10,908 nt of DNA from Archangiaceae bacterium (GTDB lineage Bacteria > Myxococcota > Myxococcia > Myxococcales > Myxococcaceae). The notes beneath the pieces were generated by a model. The model searched no databases, had not been told where the DNA came from, and worked only from the letters and a program-made list of their open reading frames with translations. Location of the stretch: the NCBI GenBank assembly GCA_043750125.1, contig JAYVCD010000089.1, positions 1 to 10,908 of the forward strand, given 5' to 3'. The position numbers and the translations under genes are program-made. Of the stretch, positions 1-7,284 are shown one piece after another (position 1 is the stretch's first letter; the number at the start of each line of letters is the position of its first letter).

Positions 1-432
1 GTAATCGATGGGGACCTTGGCCCGGGCCCGCGACGGCTTCTCGAGCAGGGCGCAGATCTTCAGCGAGGCCGGATGCCGGGCCTGCAGGTTCTCGAGCAAG
101 AACTTCATCGTCAGCCCGGTGTCGATGATGTCTTCGACGACCAGCAGGTGCTTGCCGGCCATTGGCTTGGTCAGGTCAGACGTGATCCGCACTTCGCCGG
201 TGGTCTCGGTGCCGCCCTGGTACGACGAGACGCCGAGGAACTCGACGGTGAGCGGAAGATCAATCGCCCGCGCCAGGTCGGTGGTGAAGAACACGCTGCC
301 CTTCAAGATACCGACCAGGGTCAGGTCTTTGCCCTGGTACTCGCGGGTAATCTGCGCCCCCAGCTCGCGCACCCGCGCTTCGACCGTCGCGGCGTCGATC
401 AGCACGTTCACATCGGAATCGTAAAAAGCCAT
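1..432 (-). CDS. hpt: Hypoxanthine phosphoribosyltransferase (3' end runs off the window)
   Basis: Not in the ORF track; translated by hand from ATG at 432: MAFYDSDVNVLIDAATVEARVRELGAQITREYQGKDLTLVGILKGSVFF...GVSSYQGGTETTGEVRI...LLVVEDIIDTGLT...LLEKPSR...PIDY. It carries the LKG, SSY and VEDIIDTGLT (PRPP-binding) motifs of HPRT. SD-like AGGAG lies at 446-442. Confidence 0.96.
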   Translation of the reverse strand, partial: MAFYDSDVNVLIDAATVEARVRELGAQITREYQGKDLTLVGILKGSVFFTTDLARAIDLPLTVEFLGVSSYQGGTETTGEVRITSDLTKPMAGKHLLVVEDIIDTGLTMKFLLENLQARHPASLKICALLEKPSRARAKVPIDY

Positions 433-451
433 CGGCCAGAGCTCCTGAAGC

Positions 452-1267
452 CTACACGTACGCGTTGTTCATCACTTCGCCCATGCCTCCGCCGCCGGGA
501 ACGATGTACTGCCGGTCGTCGAGGCCGCGTTCCTTGTCCCACAGCTGTCCTGGAATGGTGTCGAACACTTCGGGCGGTGAGAGCCCGCGGTCCAGCCGAA
601 GCGAATAGATCTTCGCGTCGGGGTGATCCTGGGTCATTCGCCGCAGGTATTCCGGAGTGACGATCAGGTGCACGCAGATCACCTTGCGCATCTTCCCGGG
701 GACCTTCTTCTTGTACATCTCGATCGCCATCGACAGAGATCCGCCGGTCGCTCCCATCGGGTCTGGGAAGAGCACGACGGCATCGTCCACGTCGCCGCCG
801 ATCTTCGAGCCGCTGATGTTGCTGCCGACCACCTGCTCCGAGTTGTCGAGCATCCGGCTCATGATGATGTGGTCCTGCCGAACCAGGCGCGGGGTGAGAA
901 TCGTGTTGAGCAGGTCGAAGGTCACCTGGGAAGGCAGCGTGCCCGCCCGCGCGATGTTGACGCTGATCGCCCGGATTTCGTCGTCGATCACCTCGCCCTG
1001 GTAGATGCCCTTGGGGGTGTGGTCGATCATCCGGGTGGGGATCGCCACCGACTTCCGCGGGAACTCGTGGTTGACCACCATCGAGATGAGGTCGGTGTAG
1101 AGCACCGCGACCAACCGATTCACCTGGGGCTGAATGGTCTCTTTGGAGCAGAGCGTCGCCAGCAGGGACAGCAGGTAGGGATTTCCGACCAGGTGCACCT
1201 GGGGTCCGTACTTGTGTTCCAGCTCGTTCAACCGAAACGGTACTTTTTCGTACAGCGCGTCACGCAT
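452..1267 (-). CDS. Uracil phosphoribosyltransferase-family protein (atypical, 271 aa)
   Basis: VNIARAG (cf. VPILRAG), FPDPMGATGGS (cf. DPMLATGGS PRPP motif) and C-terminal YIVPG; sits between tdk and hpt. Confidence 0.85.
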   Translation of the reverse strand: MRDALYEKVPFRLNELEHKYGPQVHLVGNPYLLSLLATLCSKETIQPQVNRLVAVLYTDLISMVVNHEFPRKSVAIPTRMIDHTPKGIYQGEVIDDEIRAISVNIARAGTLPSQVTFDLLNTILTPRLVRQDHIIMSRMLDNSEQVVGSNISGSKIGGDVDDAVVLFPDPMGATGGSLSMAIEMYKKKVPGKMRKVICVHLIVTPEYLRRMTQDHPDAKIYSLRLDRGLSPPEVFDTIPGQLWDKERGLDDRQYIVPGGGGMGEVMNNAYV

Positions 1268-1273
1268 GGAGGC

Positions 1274-1873
1274 TCACTTGAACAGCTCGAGGTTCTGGGG
1301 CGGAGTCGCCTCGGTGGGGTTGGAGACGTGACACTTGCGGCAGCGCGCTTCGTAGGCCCCGGCGGCCCCGACGACGACGCGCTCTTCGCGGGCGAGCAGC
1401 CGCTGGGTCCGATTGGCCGGGTTGCCGCAGACCACGCAGATCGCCAGTTCCTTGGTGATGTACTCGGCGATCGCGAGCAGGTGCGGCATCGGCTCGAACG
1501 GCTTGCCCTGGTAGTCCTGGTCCAGCCCGGCGCAGATCACCCGGATTCCCCGCTGCGCCAGCTCTTCGATGATCGGAACCACGTCCGGCCCGAGGAACTG
1601 CACTTCGTCGATGCCCACGACTTCGGTGTCCGGCAGCAGGTGCTGCAGAATTTCGCTGGGCCGATCGATCGGGGTGCTGAGCAGCTTCAGCTGGGAATGA
1701 CTGACCACCGCCGACTCGTCATAGCGGTTGTCGATCTTCGGCTTGAAGACCTGAACGCGGCGCTTGCCGTAGATTGCCCGCTTCACCCGGCGAATCAGCT
1801 CTTCGGTCTTGCCGGAAAACATCGAGCCGCAGATCACCTCGATCCAGCCGATGTCCTTGGGGAACTGGTGCAC
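1274..1873 (-). CDS. tdk: Thymidine kinase (TK1-like)
   Basis: P-loop GSMFSGKTEEL, FKPKIDNRY, IDEVQF, AGLDQDYQGKPF and Zn ligands CVVC...CRKC; GTG start. Confidence 0.97.
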   Translation of the reverse strand: MHQFPKDIGWIEVICGSMFSGKTEELIRRVKRAIYGKRRVQVFKPKIDNRYDESAVVSHSQLKLLSTPIDRPSEILQHLLPDTEVVGIDEVQFLGPDVVPIIEELAQRGIRVICAGLDQDYQGKPFEPMPHLLAIAEYITKELAICVVCGNPANRTQRLLAREERVVVGAAGAYEARCRKCHVSNPTEATPPQNLELFK

Positions 1874-1884
1874 GGGAATGAGCT

Positions 1885-2292
1885 TCAGTGATCGAGATCG
1901 AGCAGCTTCTCGAGCGTGCGCGCGTCGGCGTCCGGGAACTTGTAGTTGGCCGTCTCGGCCAGAGTGACCCAGCGGTGGTCGTTGACCTTCTGGTGGCTCG
2001 GTTCGGCCGGCCGGGTCAGCCGGCAGACGAAGACGTGAAAGTCCACGTCGTACTCTGGGTACACGTGGTGGGTCGCCATCGCCAGCTCGGCCACTTTTAC
2101 GTCGAGCTCGAGCCGTTCTTTGAGCTCGCGGACCAGGGCTTCAGCATCTGACTCGCCTTCCATCACCCGCCCGCCGGGAAATTCCCACAGCAGCGGCAGG
2201 GTCGCGATCTTCGAGCGTTGGGTGATCAGGTATCGACCCGGCTCACGCTCGAGCATCGCTCCCACCACACGAATCTGTCGGCGCGTCGGCAT
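1885..2292 (-). CDS. MutT/NudG-like NUDIX hydrolase
   Basis: YLITQR...LWEFPGGRVMEGESDAEALVRELKE NUDIX box and C-terminal FPDAD. ATG at 2292 is preferred to the track's start at 2310. Confidence 0.9.
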   Translation of the reverse strand: MPTRRQIRVVGAMLEREPGRYLITQRSKIATLPLLWEFPGGRVMEGESDAEALVRELKERLELDVKVAELAMATHHVYPEYDVDFHVFVCRLTRPAEPSHQKVNDHRWVTLAETANYKFPDADARTLEKLLDLDH

Positions 2293-2341
2293 GGGCGGGG
2301 CGCGTAGCACGGCAGTCCGTCACGGTTCCAGCACTACGGGT

Positions 2342-2893
2342 TTAGAGCCCGTACAGGTGGCAGGCCTGCATGTAGACGAGCACTGCACGGGGAATCAGCG
2401 CGGTGGGCAGGTCCTTTCCTTCCAGGCGCTTTCTGATTTCGCTCGAGCTCACTTCTGCCAGCGGGGGCCCGACCGCCCGGGGGTCCGCGTAACCGGCGCG
2501 GTAGAGCACCGTCACGTCGACCAGACTTTGAATCCGGTCCCACGCCTTCCAGTTGGGCAGGTCGGGAAGAATGTCCGAGCCGATGATCAGCCGAAATCGG
2601 GTGTCGGGGCAGAGGGGCAACAGGTACTCGAGGGTGTCGATCGTCCTGCCCCCTTCGCCCACTTCCCGTTCGACCTCGCTGACCTTCAACCAGGGGCCGA
2701 GGTCGACCGCCATCGCTCGGCACATCGCCACCCGGTGCTCGAAGGTCTCGAGCGGTTTGTTGAAGGGGTGGTGGTAGGCGGGCATCAGCCACACTTCGTC
2801 GACGGCCAGCGTGGCGCGGGTGAAGAGCGCAGCCATCAGGTGTCCCACGTGCGGAGGGTTGAAGCTGCCCCCGATCAGCGCCACCTGCGTCAT
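2342..2893 (-). CDS. nadD: Nicotinate-nucleotide adenylyltransferase
   Basis: GGSFNPPHVGH (HxGH), TIDTL, IIGSD, VSSSEIR. The true start is likely ATG 2893, which overlaps the upstream stop (ATGA) and has an SD-like AAGGT 9 nt upstream. Confidence 0.95.
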   Translation of the reverse strand: MTQVALIGGSFNPPHVGHLMAALFTRATLAVDEVWLMPAYHHPFNKPLETFEHRVAMCRAMAVDLGPWLKVSEVEREVGEGGRTIDTLEYLLPLCPDTRFRLIIGSDILPDLPNWKAWDRIQSLVDVTVLYRAGYADPRAVGPPLAEVSSSEIRKRLEGKDLPTALIPRAVLVYMQACHLYGL

Positions 2894-3564
2894 TTGACCG
2901 AGACCTTCTTTTTTTGCTGCACGTGGAGCAGCTGACCTTCGATCACCGTCTCGCCCGTCAGCGCGAACGCCGAATACATCAGGTTCCGCTCGGCGAGCTC
3001 GAGCATTCCCACGGTGGGCGCGGCGCCTTTGAGACTTCCGGGGGTGAGAAAATAACGCGGCCCGATCTGCACCACCTTGGGCTCTTTCTCGTTGCCGTGA
3101 ACCAGCAGCACCGCGTTGAGCATGTCTTCTTTGTCCAGATCGTTCTTGTCGTGGACCACGCAGCACAGCGTGTCGCCGAGCATGTCCATCGCCTTCCGCG
3201 GGCTCTTCGGGTCCTGGTACTGGAGGCAGCCTTTTTCAGGCGTCCGAATCACCCGGTCGGCCATGCGGGTGAGCTCCTCATTGGTCCGCGACAGCTCGTA
3301 GGCATTGCCGAACGCCGGAGGGCGCTCGAGCTGTTCTGCTTCAACCAGGTAGTTCGAGATGTCGGCGAGGAAATCGAGGTTCGAATAGTCGGTGAGCGCC
3401 CGGGCCTCGTCGCGCTTCCATTTCACCCAGTCGTCGAGATCCGAGTACTTCCCCCCAGCGAAGAGGAAGCGCTGCGCCCCTCGGGAAGACAACAGGCGCA
3501 GCGCTGCGTCGAGCGCGTTCAGGTCTCCATCGCTGTCCGAGAAGATCCCGATCGCGGTAGACAT
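2890..3564 (-). CDS. Hypothetical protein with degenerate calcineurin-like metallophosphoesterase (YfcE/Vps29-like) fold
   Basis: GC3-rich codons and coupled to both neighbours. IGIFSDSDG, FLFAGG, VVHD, LVHGN and FLTPGSL occur in the order of the YfcE-family motifs SDxHG, GD, HG, GHxH and NPGS. Confidence 0.75.
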   Translation of the reverse strand: MSTAIGIFSDSDGDLNALDAALRLLSSRGAQRFLFAGGKYSDLDDWVKWKRDEARALTDYSNLDFLADISNYLVEAEQLERPPAFGNAYELSRTNEELTRMADRVIRTPEKGCLQYQDPKSPRKAMDMLGDTLCCVVHDKNDLDKEDMLNAVLLVHGNEKEPKVVQIGPRYFLTPGSLKGAAPTVGMLELAERNLMYSAFALTGETVIEGQLLHVQQKKKVSVK

Positions 3565-3567
3565 CGG

Positions 3568-4746
3568 CTACTCGTAGATCAGATGGCGCGCGCGCACCGG
3601 GTGGAACTGCTGAAGCTGAGCCTCGAAGCCTTCGATCAACTTCGCCAGCGGAAGGTCGGCCTCGATTCCTTCCCTCACCTGCGCGGTGCCGCAGAGCAGA
3701 TCGAAGGCGGGGACGCGATCGACGAACTCATAGGCGTCGGCGCGCCAGGCGAACCTTCCGCTCGAGAGCGCCCGCGCCGTCTGCCAGACTGCAAAGCCCG
3801 TCAGCAGGGGTCGAAAGGCCTGGCGATCGGTGACGTGAATGAACGCGCCTTCGCACGATTGGCCACTGAACTTGTCGAAGGTCGGAGTGAACGCCACCGG
3901 CCGAAAGCGCACCCCCGGAAGCTTCAACGCCTCGAGCGTGGCCGCGACGGTGGTGCCATCGAGCCAGGGCGCTCCAAACTGCTCGAAGGGCCGGCAGGTG
4001 CCACGGCCCTCGGAAACGTTGGTCCCTTCGCCCTGGCACATTCCGGGGTAGACCAGCGCGGTGTCCTCGGTGGGCATGTTGGGTGAAGGCGCGATGAAGG
4101 GCAGCCCGGTGTCGCGAAAGTACATCGAGCGGCGCCAGCCTTCGCAGGGCACCACGGTCAACGCGCAGCCGATCTTCTCTTCGGCGTTGAACAGCGTGGC
4201 CAGCTCGCCCGCGGTCATTGCGTGCCGATTGGGAATCGGAAACAGCCCGACGAAGCTCTCGAAGCCTTTGCCGACGATGTTGCCTTCGAGCTGCAGACCA
4301 CCGATCGGGTTGGGGCGATCGAGAACGTAGAAAGGCAGCTTCGCCTTCGCCGCGGCCTTCATCGCGAGCGCCATCGTGTAGACGTAGGTGTAGTAGCGGC
4401 TGCCTACGTCCTGGATGTCGAACACCAGCGCGTCGAGCCCTTCGAGCTGCTCGGGCCGGGGGCTCAACGATTCGTAGGTCTTTCCGTACAGGCTGTAGAC
4501 GGGAACCTGGGTGAGGCGATCGCGCGCCACTTCGCCCACCGGAACCATGTACTGCGCCTCGCCGCGGATTCCGTGCTCTGGGCCAAAGAGCGCGGAGAGG
4601 GTGACCTGCGGAGATCGGTGGAGCAGATCGGCCAGGTGCCGAAAGCTCGAGTCCACGCTGGTGGGGTTGACGATGGCCGCGACGCGCTTGCCGGCGAGCG
4701 CACGGAAGCCTTCCCGCACCCAGACGTCGAGGCCGGTCTGCGTCAC
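3568..4746 (-). CDS. namZ: Exo-beta-N-acetylmuramidase NamZ family protein (DUF1343/YbbC)
   Basis: FGPEHGIRG, VYSLYG, FDIQDVGSRYYTY, VLDRPNP, PSPNMP, EGTNVSEGRGT. GTG start overlaps the upstream TGA (GTGA). Confidence 0.9.
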   Translation of the reverse strand: MTQTGLDVWVREGFRALAGKRVAAIVNPTSVDSSFRHLADLLHRSPQVTLSALFGPEHGIRGEAQYMVPVGEVARDRLTQVPVYSLYGKTYESLSPRPEQLEGLDALVFDIQDVGSRYYTYVYTMALAMKAAAKAKLPFYVLDRPNPIGGLQLEGNIVGKGFESFVGLFPIPNRHAMTAGELATLFNAEEKIGCALTVVPCEGWRRSMYFRDTGLPFIAPSPNMPTEDTALVYPGMCQGEGTNVSEGRGTCRPFEQFGAPWLDGTTVAATLEALKLPGVRFRPVAFTPTFDKFSGQSCEGAFIHVTDRQAFRPLLTGFAVWQTARALSSGRFAWRADAYEFVDRVPAFDLLCGTAQVREGIEADLPLAKLIEGFEAQLQQFHPVRARHLIYE

Positions 4747-6164
4747 TTGTCCTTCTTCGCAGTGCCGAGCTCGAACTCGAAGACCGGCTCGCGTTTTTGC
4801 TTCGGGTAAACGGCGTCGTTCAGCGCAAAGTACAAATGCGCGGCCAACAGCGGGTCACCCACGGTGTCATTGACGATGTCGACGGTCTCGACCTCTCCCG
4901 AGGCCTTCACCCGAACCCTGACCTTCAGCTCACCGGCGAGCTTCGGGTTCTCTTTCTTGCGCTCGAGATAGAAATCGTTGAGCCGGTGGGCGACGACCGC
5001 GTAGATCGAATCGACGCTTCCCTTCGCCTGCTTGGCGGGCAGCTTGAGCTTCTTCTCGAGGTCCGAGCGTTCTTGCTTTGCGGTCGCCCCGTCGGGTCCT
5101 TCGAGCGAGCTGGCGGTGCGGTACTCGCTGAGCGATTCGAACAGCGCTTCCCGTTTGGTGCGAAGCCGGGCGAGCTGAAGGTGAGCGCCTGCGGCCTTCG
5201 GTTCACGGTCGATCGCTTCGAGCAGATGACCTTCGGCGATTTCATGGTTTCCCTTCGCCTCGGCCAGCTCGGCCAACCGCAGGCTCGGAGCCGGATTTTT
5301 CTTCTCGAACGACGCGTGGACCTGCAGGGTGCGCTCTTCTCCGTCGGCATCCTTCAGTTCCCCGTACAGCGTCTCGAGTCGACCGAGCACCTCGGCAGTG
5401 GGAGCTGCGACTCTCAACCAGCGCTCATACTCTTTGGCCGCCTCGACCTTGTTACCCTCTTCGAAACGCAAGTCGGCGAGGATCTTTCGCACTTCGGGAT
5501 CTCGGGGCTGCAGCTCGGCCAGGCGGGTCGCGGTCTGGGCGGCGGCCTTCGCGTCCTTCGCTTCCTGGTAGAGGGTGAGCAGCGCCTGAAGCACCGCTGG
5601 TTGGTCGGGCCAGAGCTTGACGGCCTTGTCGAGCTCGACCTTCGCCTCGGCGATCTTCCCGGCCGCGAGCAGCGCGCGACCCAGGCCGCCCCGGGCGCGG
5701 GGATCTTCATACAGCCCGAGCGAGGCTTTGAACTGAGCCTGGGCGCCGGGCAGGTCGCCTTCGATCAACATCAGCTCGGCCAGGCCGACCATCGCGGCTG
5801 AGAACTTCGGGTCGCGCTTGAGGATCCCCTGGTACTCCGCCTTCGCCTGGTCCCTCATCTTCCAGGCGGTATAGGTCCGCCCCATTCCCAGGTGGACCCA
5901 GGGGTTCTCGGGGTTGAGCGCGGCGATCGCCTTGAGTTGATTCCAGGCATCGTCCGAAGGCAGCACGGTCCAGGCGATGTAGACCCGCAGCAGAACATCG
6001 GCAGGGCGATTTCGCGCCTGGTCCTGGTACTTGAGCCGCAGGTCGTCGGCTTTGCCCCGGAGCGCCGCGCTCTCGATGCCGCGCAGCTCCTGAAGAACTT
6101 CCGGAGGCGAGGGCGCCGCCGCAGGGGTGAGCGAAAGGGCCGAGACAACGAGCAGTGAAAGCAT
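4743..6164 (-). CDS. Exported TPR protein with C-terminal AgmX/PglI-type (TonB C-terminal-like) domain
   Basis: Signal peptide MLSLLVVSALSLTPAAA; multiple TPR units (e.g. NPENPWVHLGMGRTY, DPKFSAAMVGLAEL); C-terminal YLERKKENPKLAGELKVRVRVKASGEV...DTVGDPLL...YP. Confidence 0.85.
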   Translation of the reverse strand: MLSLLVVSALSLTPAAAPSPPEVLQELRGIESAALRGKADDLRLKYQDQARNRPADVLLRVYIAWTVLPSDDAWNQLKAIAALNPENPWVHLGMGRTYTAWKMRDQAKAEYQGILKRDPKFSAAMVGLAELMLIEGDLPGAQAQFKASLGLYEDPRARGGLGRALLAAGKIAEAKVELDKAVKLWPDQPAVLQALLTLYQEAKDAKAAAQTATRLAELQPRDPEVRKILADLRFEEGNKVEAAKEYERWLRVAAPTAEVLGRLETLYGELKDADGEERTLQVHASFEKKNPAPSLRLAELAEAKGNHEIAEGHLLEAIDREPKAAGAHLQLARLRTKREALFESLSEYRTASSLEGPDGATAKQERSDLEKKLKLPAKQAKGSVDSIYAVVAHRLNDFYLERKKENPKLAGELKVRVRVKASGEVETVDIVNDTVGDPLLAAHLYFALNDAVYPKQKREPVFEFELGTAKKDK

Positions 6165-6172
6165 GGGCGCAA

Positions 6173-6180
6173 AGCTTACC
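6173..6180 (-). promoter_or_regulatory. Putative -10 element (GGTAAGCT) for a leaderless or near-leaderless transcript of the TPR-AgmX gene
   Basis: TAAGCT (TAnnnT) at 6178-6173 lies 8 nt before ATG 6164, and no SD is present. Confidence 0.5.
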
Positions 6181-6185
6181 CAAGG

Positions 6186-6881
6186 TCACCGTCCTGAGCG
6201 TTGGAGTTCCCTCAGTTTTCGATTGGGGGGCTCGATGGTCGAACGGATTCTGGCCGCCTGGGCGGCGCGGCCGGTGCGGTCATAGAACTCGGCCAGCTTT
6301 CGGCCCGCCAGCCCTCGGGACGCAGGGGCGTCGAACAGTTTGCGAAGCTCCTTTTCGGCTTCCTTCAGGGCTCCCGAACGCTCGGCGGCGAGGGCCAGCT
6401 GGAGCCGGGCTCCGACCGCTTCAGGGTGGGCCTTGGCGTAGAGCCGGTAGCTGTCGAAGGCCGCCTTGAAGTCGTTTTGAGCCCACTGCAGCCCGGCGAT
6501 TCGAAATCGCGCTTCGTCGTAGTCGGGGCGCAGGGTGAGCGCGACTTCATAGGCGTTGATCGCGGCGGGCCGGTTGTGGCGCTCTTCCATCAACATTCCC
6601 CAGAGGAAATGGCCGCGGGCGTTTTCGGGGTTGAAGGACCGGGCGGCCTCGAGGTTGGCTTCTGCCAGGTCGAGGCCTTCTCCGCGCTTCAGGCGCAGCC
6701 GCGCATCTTCCAGACGCGAGAGGATCCAGTCGGGGTACGCGATGACCAGCGCGTCGAGCGCAGCCAGCCCTGCGGCTTCGTCCGTCTTTTCAAGTGCGAG
6801 GGCTTGCTGCAGCCGGGCGGGGTCGGGCGTTGCCAGGGCGCCAAGCCAAAGCATCGCCACCCAGAGGCACTCAGTCGGCAT
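6186..6881 (-). CDS. Tetratricopeptide repeat protein, probably exported
   Basis: TPR units (NPENARGHFLWG, RPDYDEARFRIA, HPEAVGARLQLA) and a hydrophobic N-terminus. Start is uncertain: ATG 6881 or ATG 6854 are more plausible than GTG 6902. Confidence 0.85.
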   Translation of the reverse strand: MPTECLWVAMLWLGALATPDPARLQQALALEKTDEAAGLAALDALVIAYPDWILSRLEDARLRLKRGEGLDLAEANLEAARSFNPENARGHFLWGMLMEERHNRPAAINAYEVALTLRPDYDEARFRIAGLQWAQNDFKAAFDSYRLYAKAHPEAVGARLQLALAAERSGALKEAEKELRKLFDAPASRGLAGRKLAEFYDRTGRAAQAARIRSTIEPPNRKLRELQRSGR

Positions 6882-6885
6882 CGAA

Positions 6886-6900
6886 AAAAACTGATAACAC
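6886..6900. repeat. 15-bp direct repeat AAAAACTGATAACAC, copy 1 (putative bidirectional promoter core)
   Basis: Exact match to 8190-8204; lies in the 25-bp gap between divergent ATGs 6881 and 6907. Confidence 0.9.
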
Positions 6901-6906
6901 ACGGCG

Positions 6907-7284
6907 ATGCGAACCCAACATCTGGGCGTGATGGCTGTGCTGCTCGCGCTTGCCTGCGGAACGCCACCGCTGACCGACCCCTTCAGTGGGCTTCAGGCCG
7001 GGGTGTGCCTCGATGACACCGACTGTGAGATCGGCCGGTGCCCGAATGCCTGTCACCTCGGCCAGCCGTACTGCACCTACCCCGGGGTCTTCGCGCGCGC
7101 CGACATCTTGAGGAAGTGCCCGTGTGTCGAGACGCCTTCATTGTCCAGCTGCCAACCACCCGAGGACAGCGCTTGCGGGCCTCAGCCGAAGTGCGCCTCG
7201 CGCGACGATGTCGGCCAGCTGCGAGCGCGCTGCCTTCAAGGGATGTGTGCGGCACGGATGACCGACGGCGGTGTTCCCCCATAG
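6907..7284 (+). CDS. Cysteine-rich putative lipoprotein
   Basis: Lipobox LALA-C17 after a basic/hydrophobic leader; 12 further Cys including CLDDTDC; C-terminal DGG; GC3-biased codons. Confidence 0.8.
   Translation: MRTQHLGVMAVLLALACGTPPLTDPFSGLQAGVCLDDTDCEIGRCPNACHLGQPYCTYPGVFARADILRKCPCVETPSLSSCQPPEDSACGPQPKCASRDDVGQLRARCLQGMCAARMTDGGVPP

Noticed and set aside
2894..3166. N-terminal extension of NadD shown in the ORF track (274 aa)
   Set aside because: Overlaps the upstream gene in another frame with low-complexity sequence; the NadD fold starts at ATG 2893.
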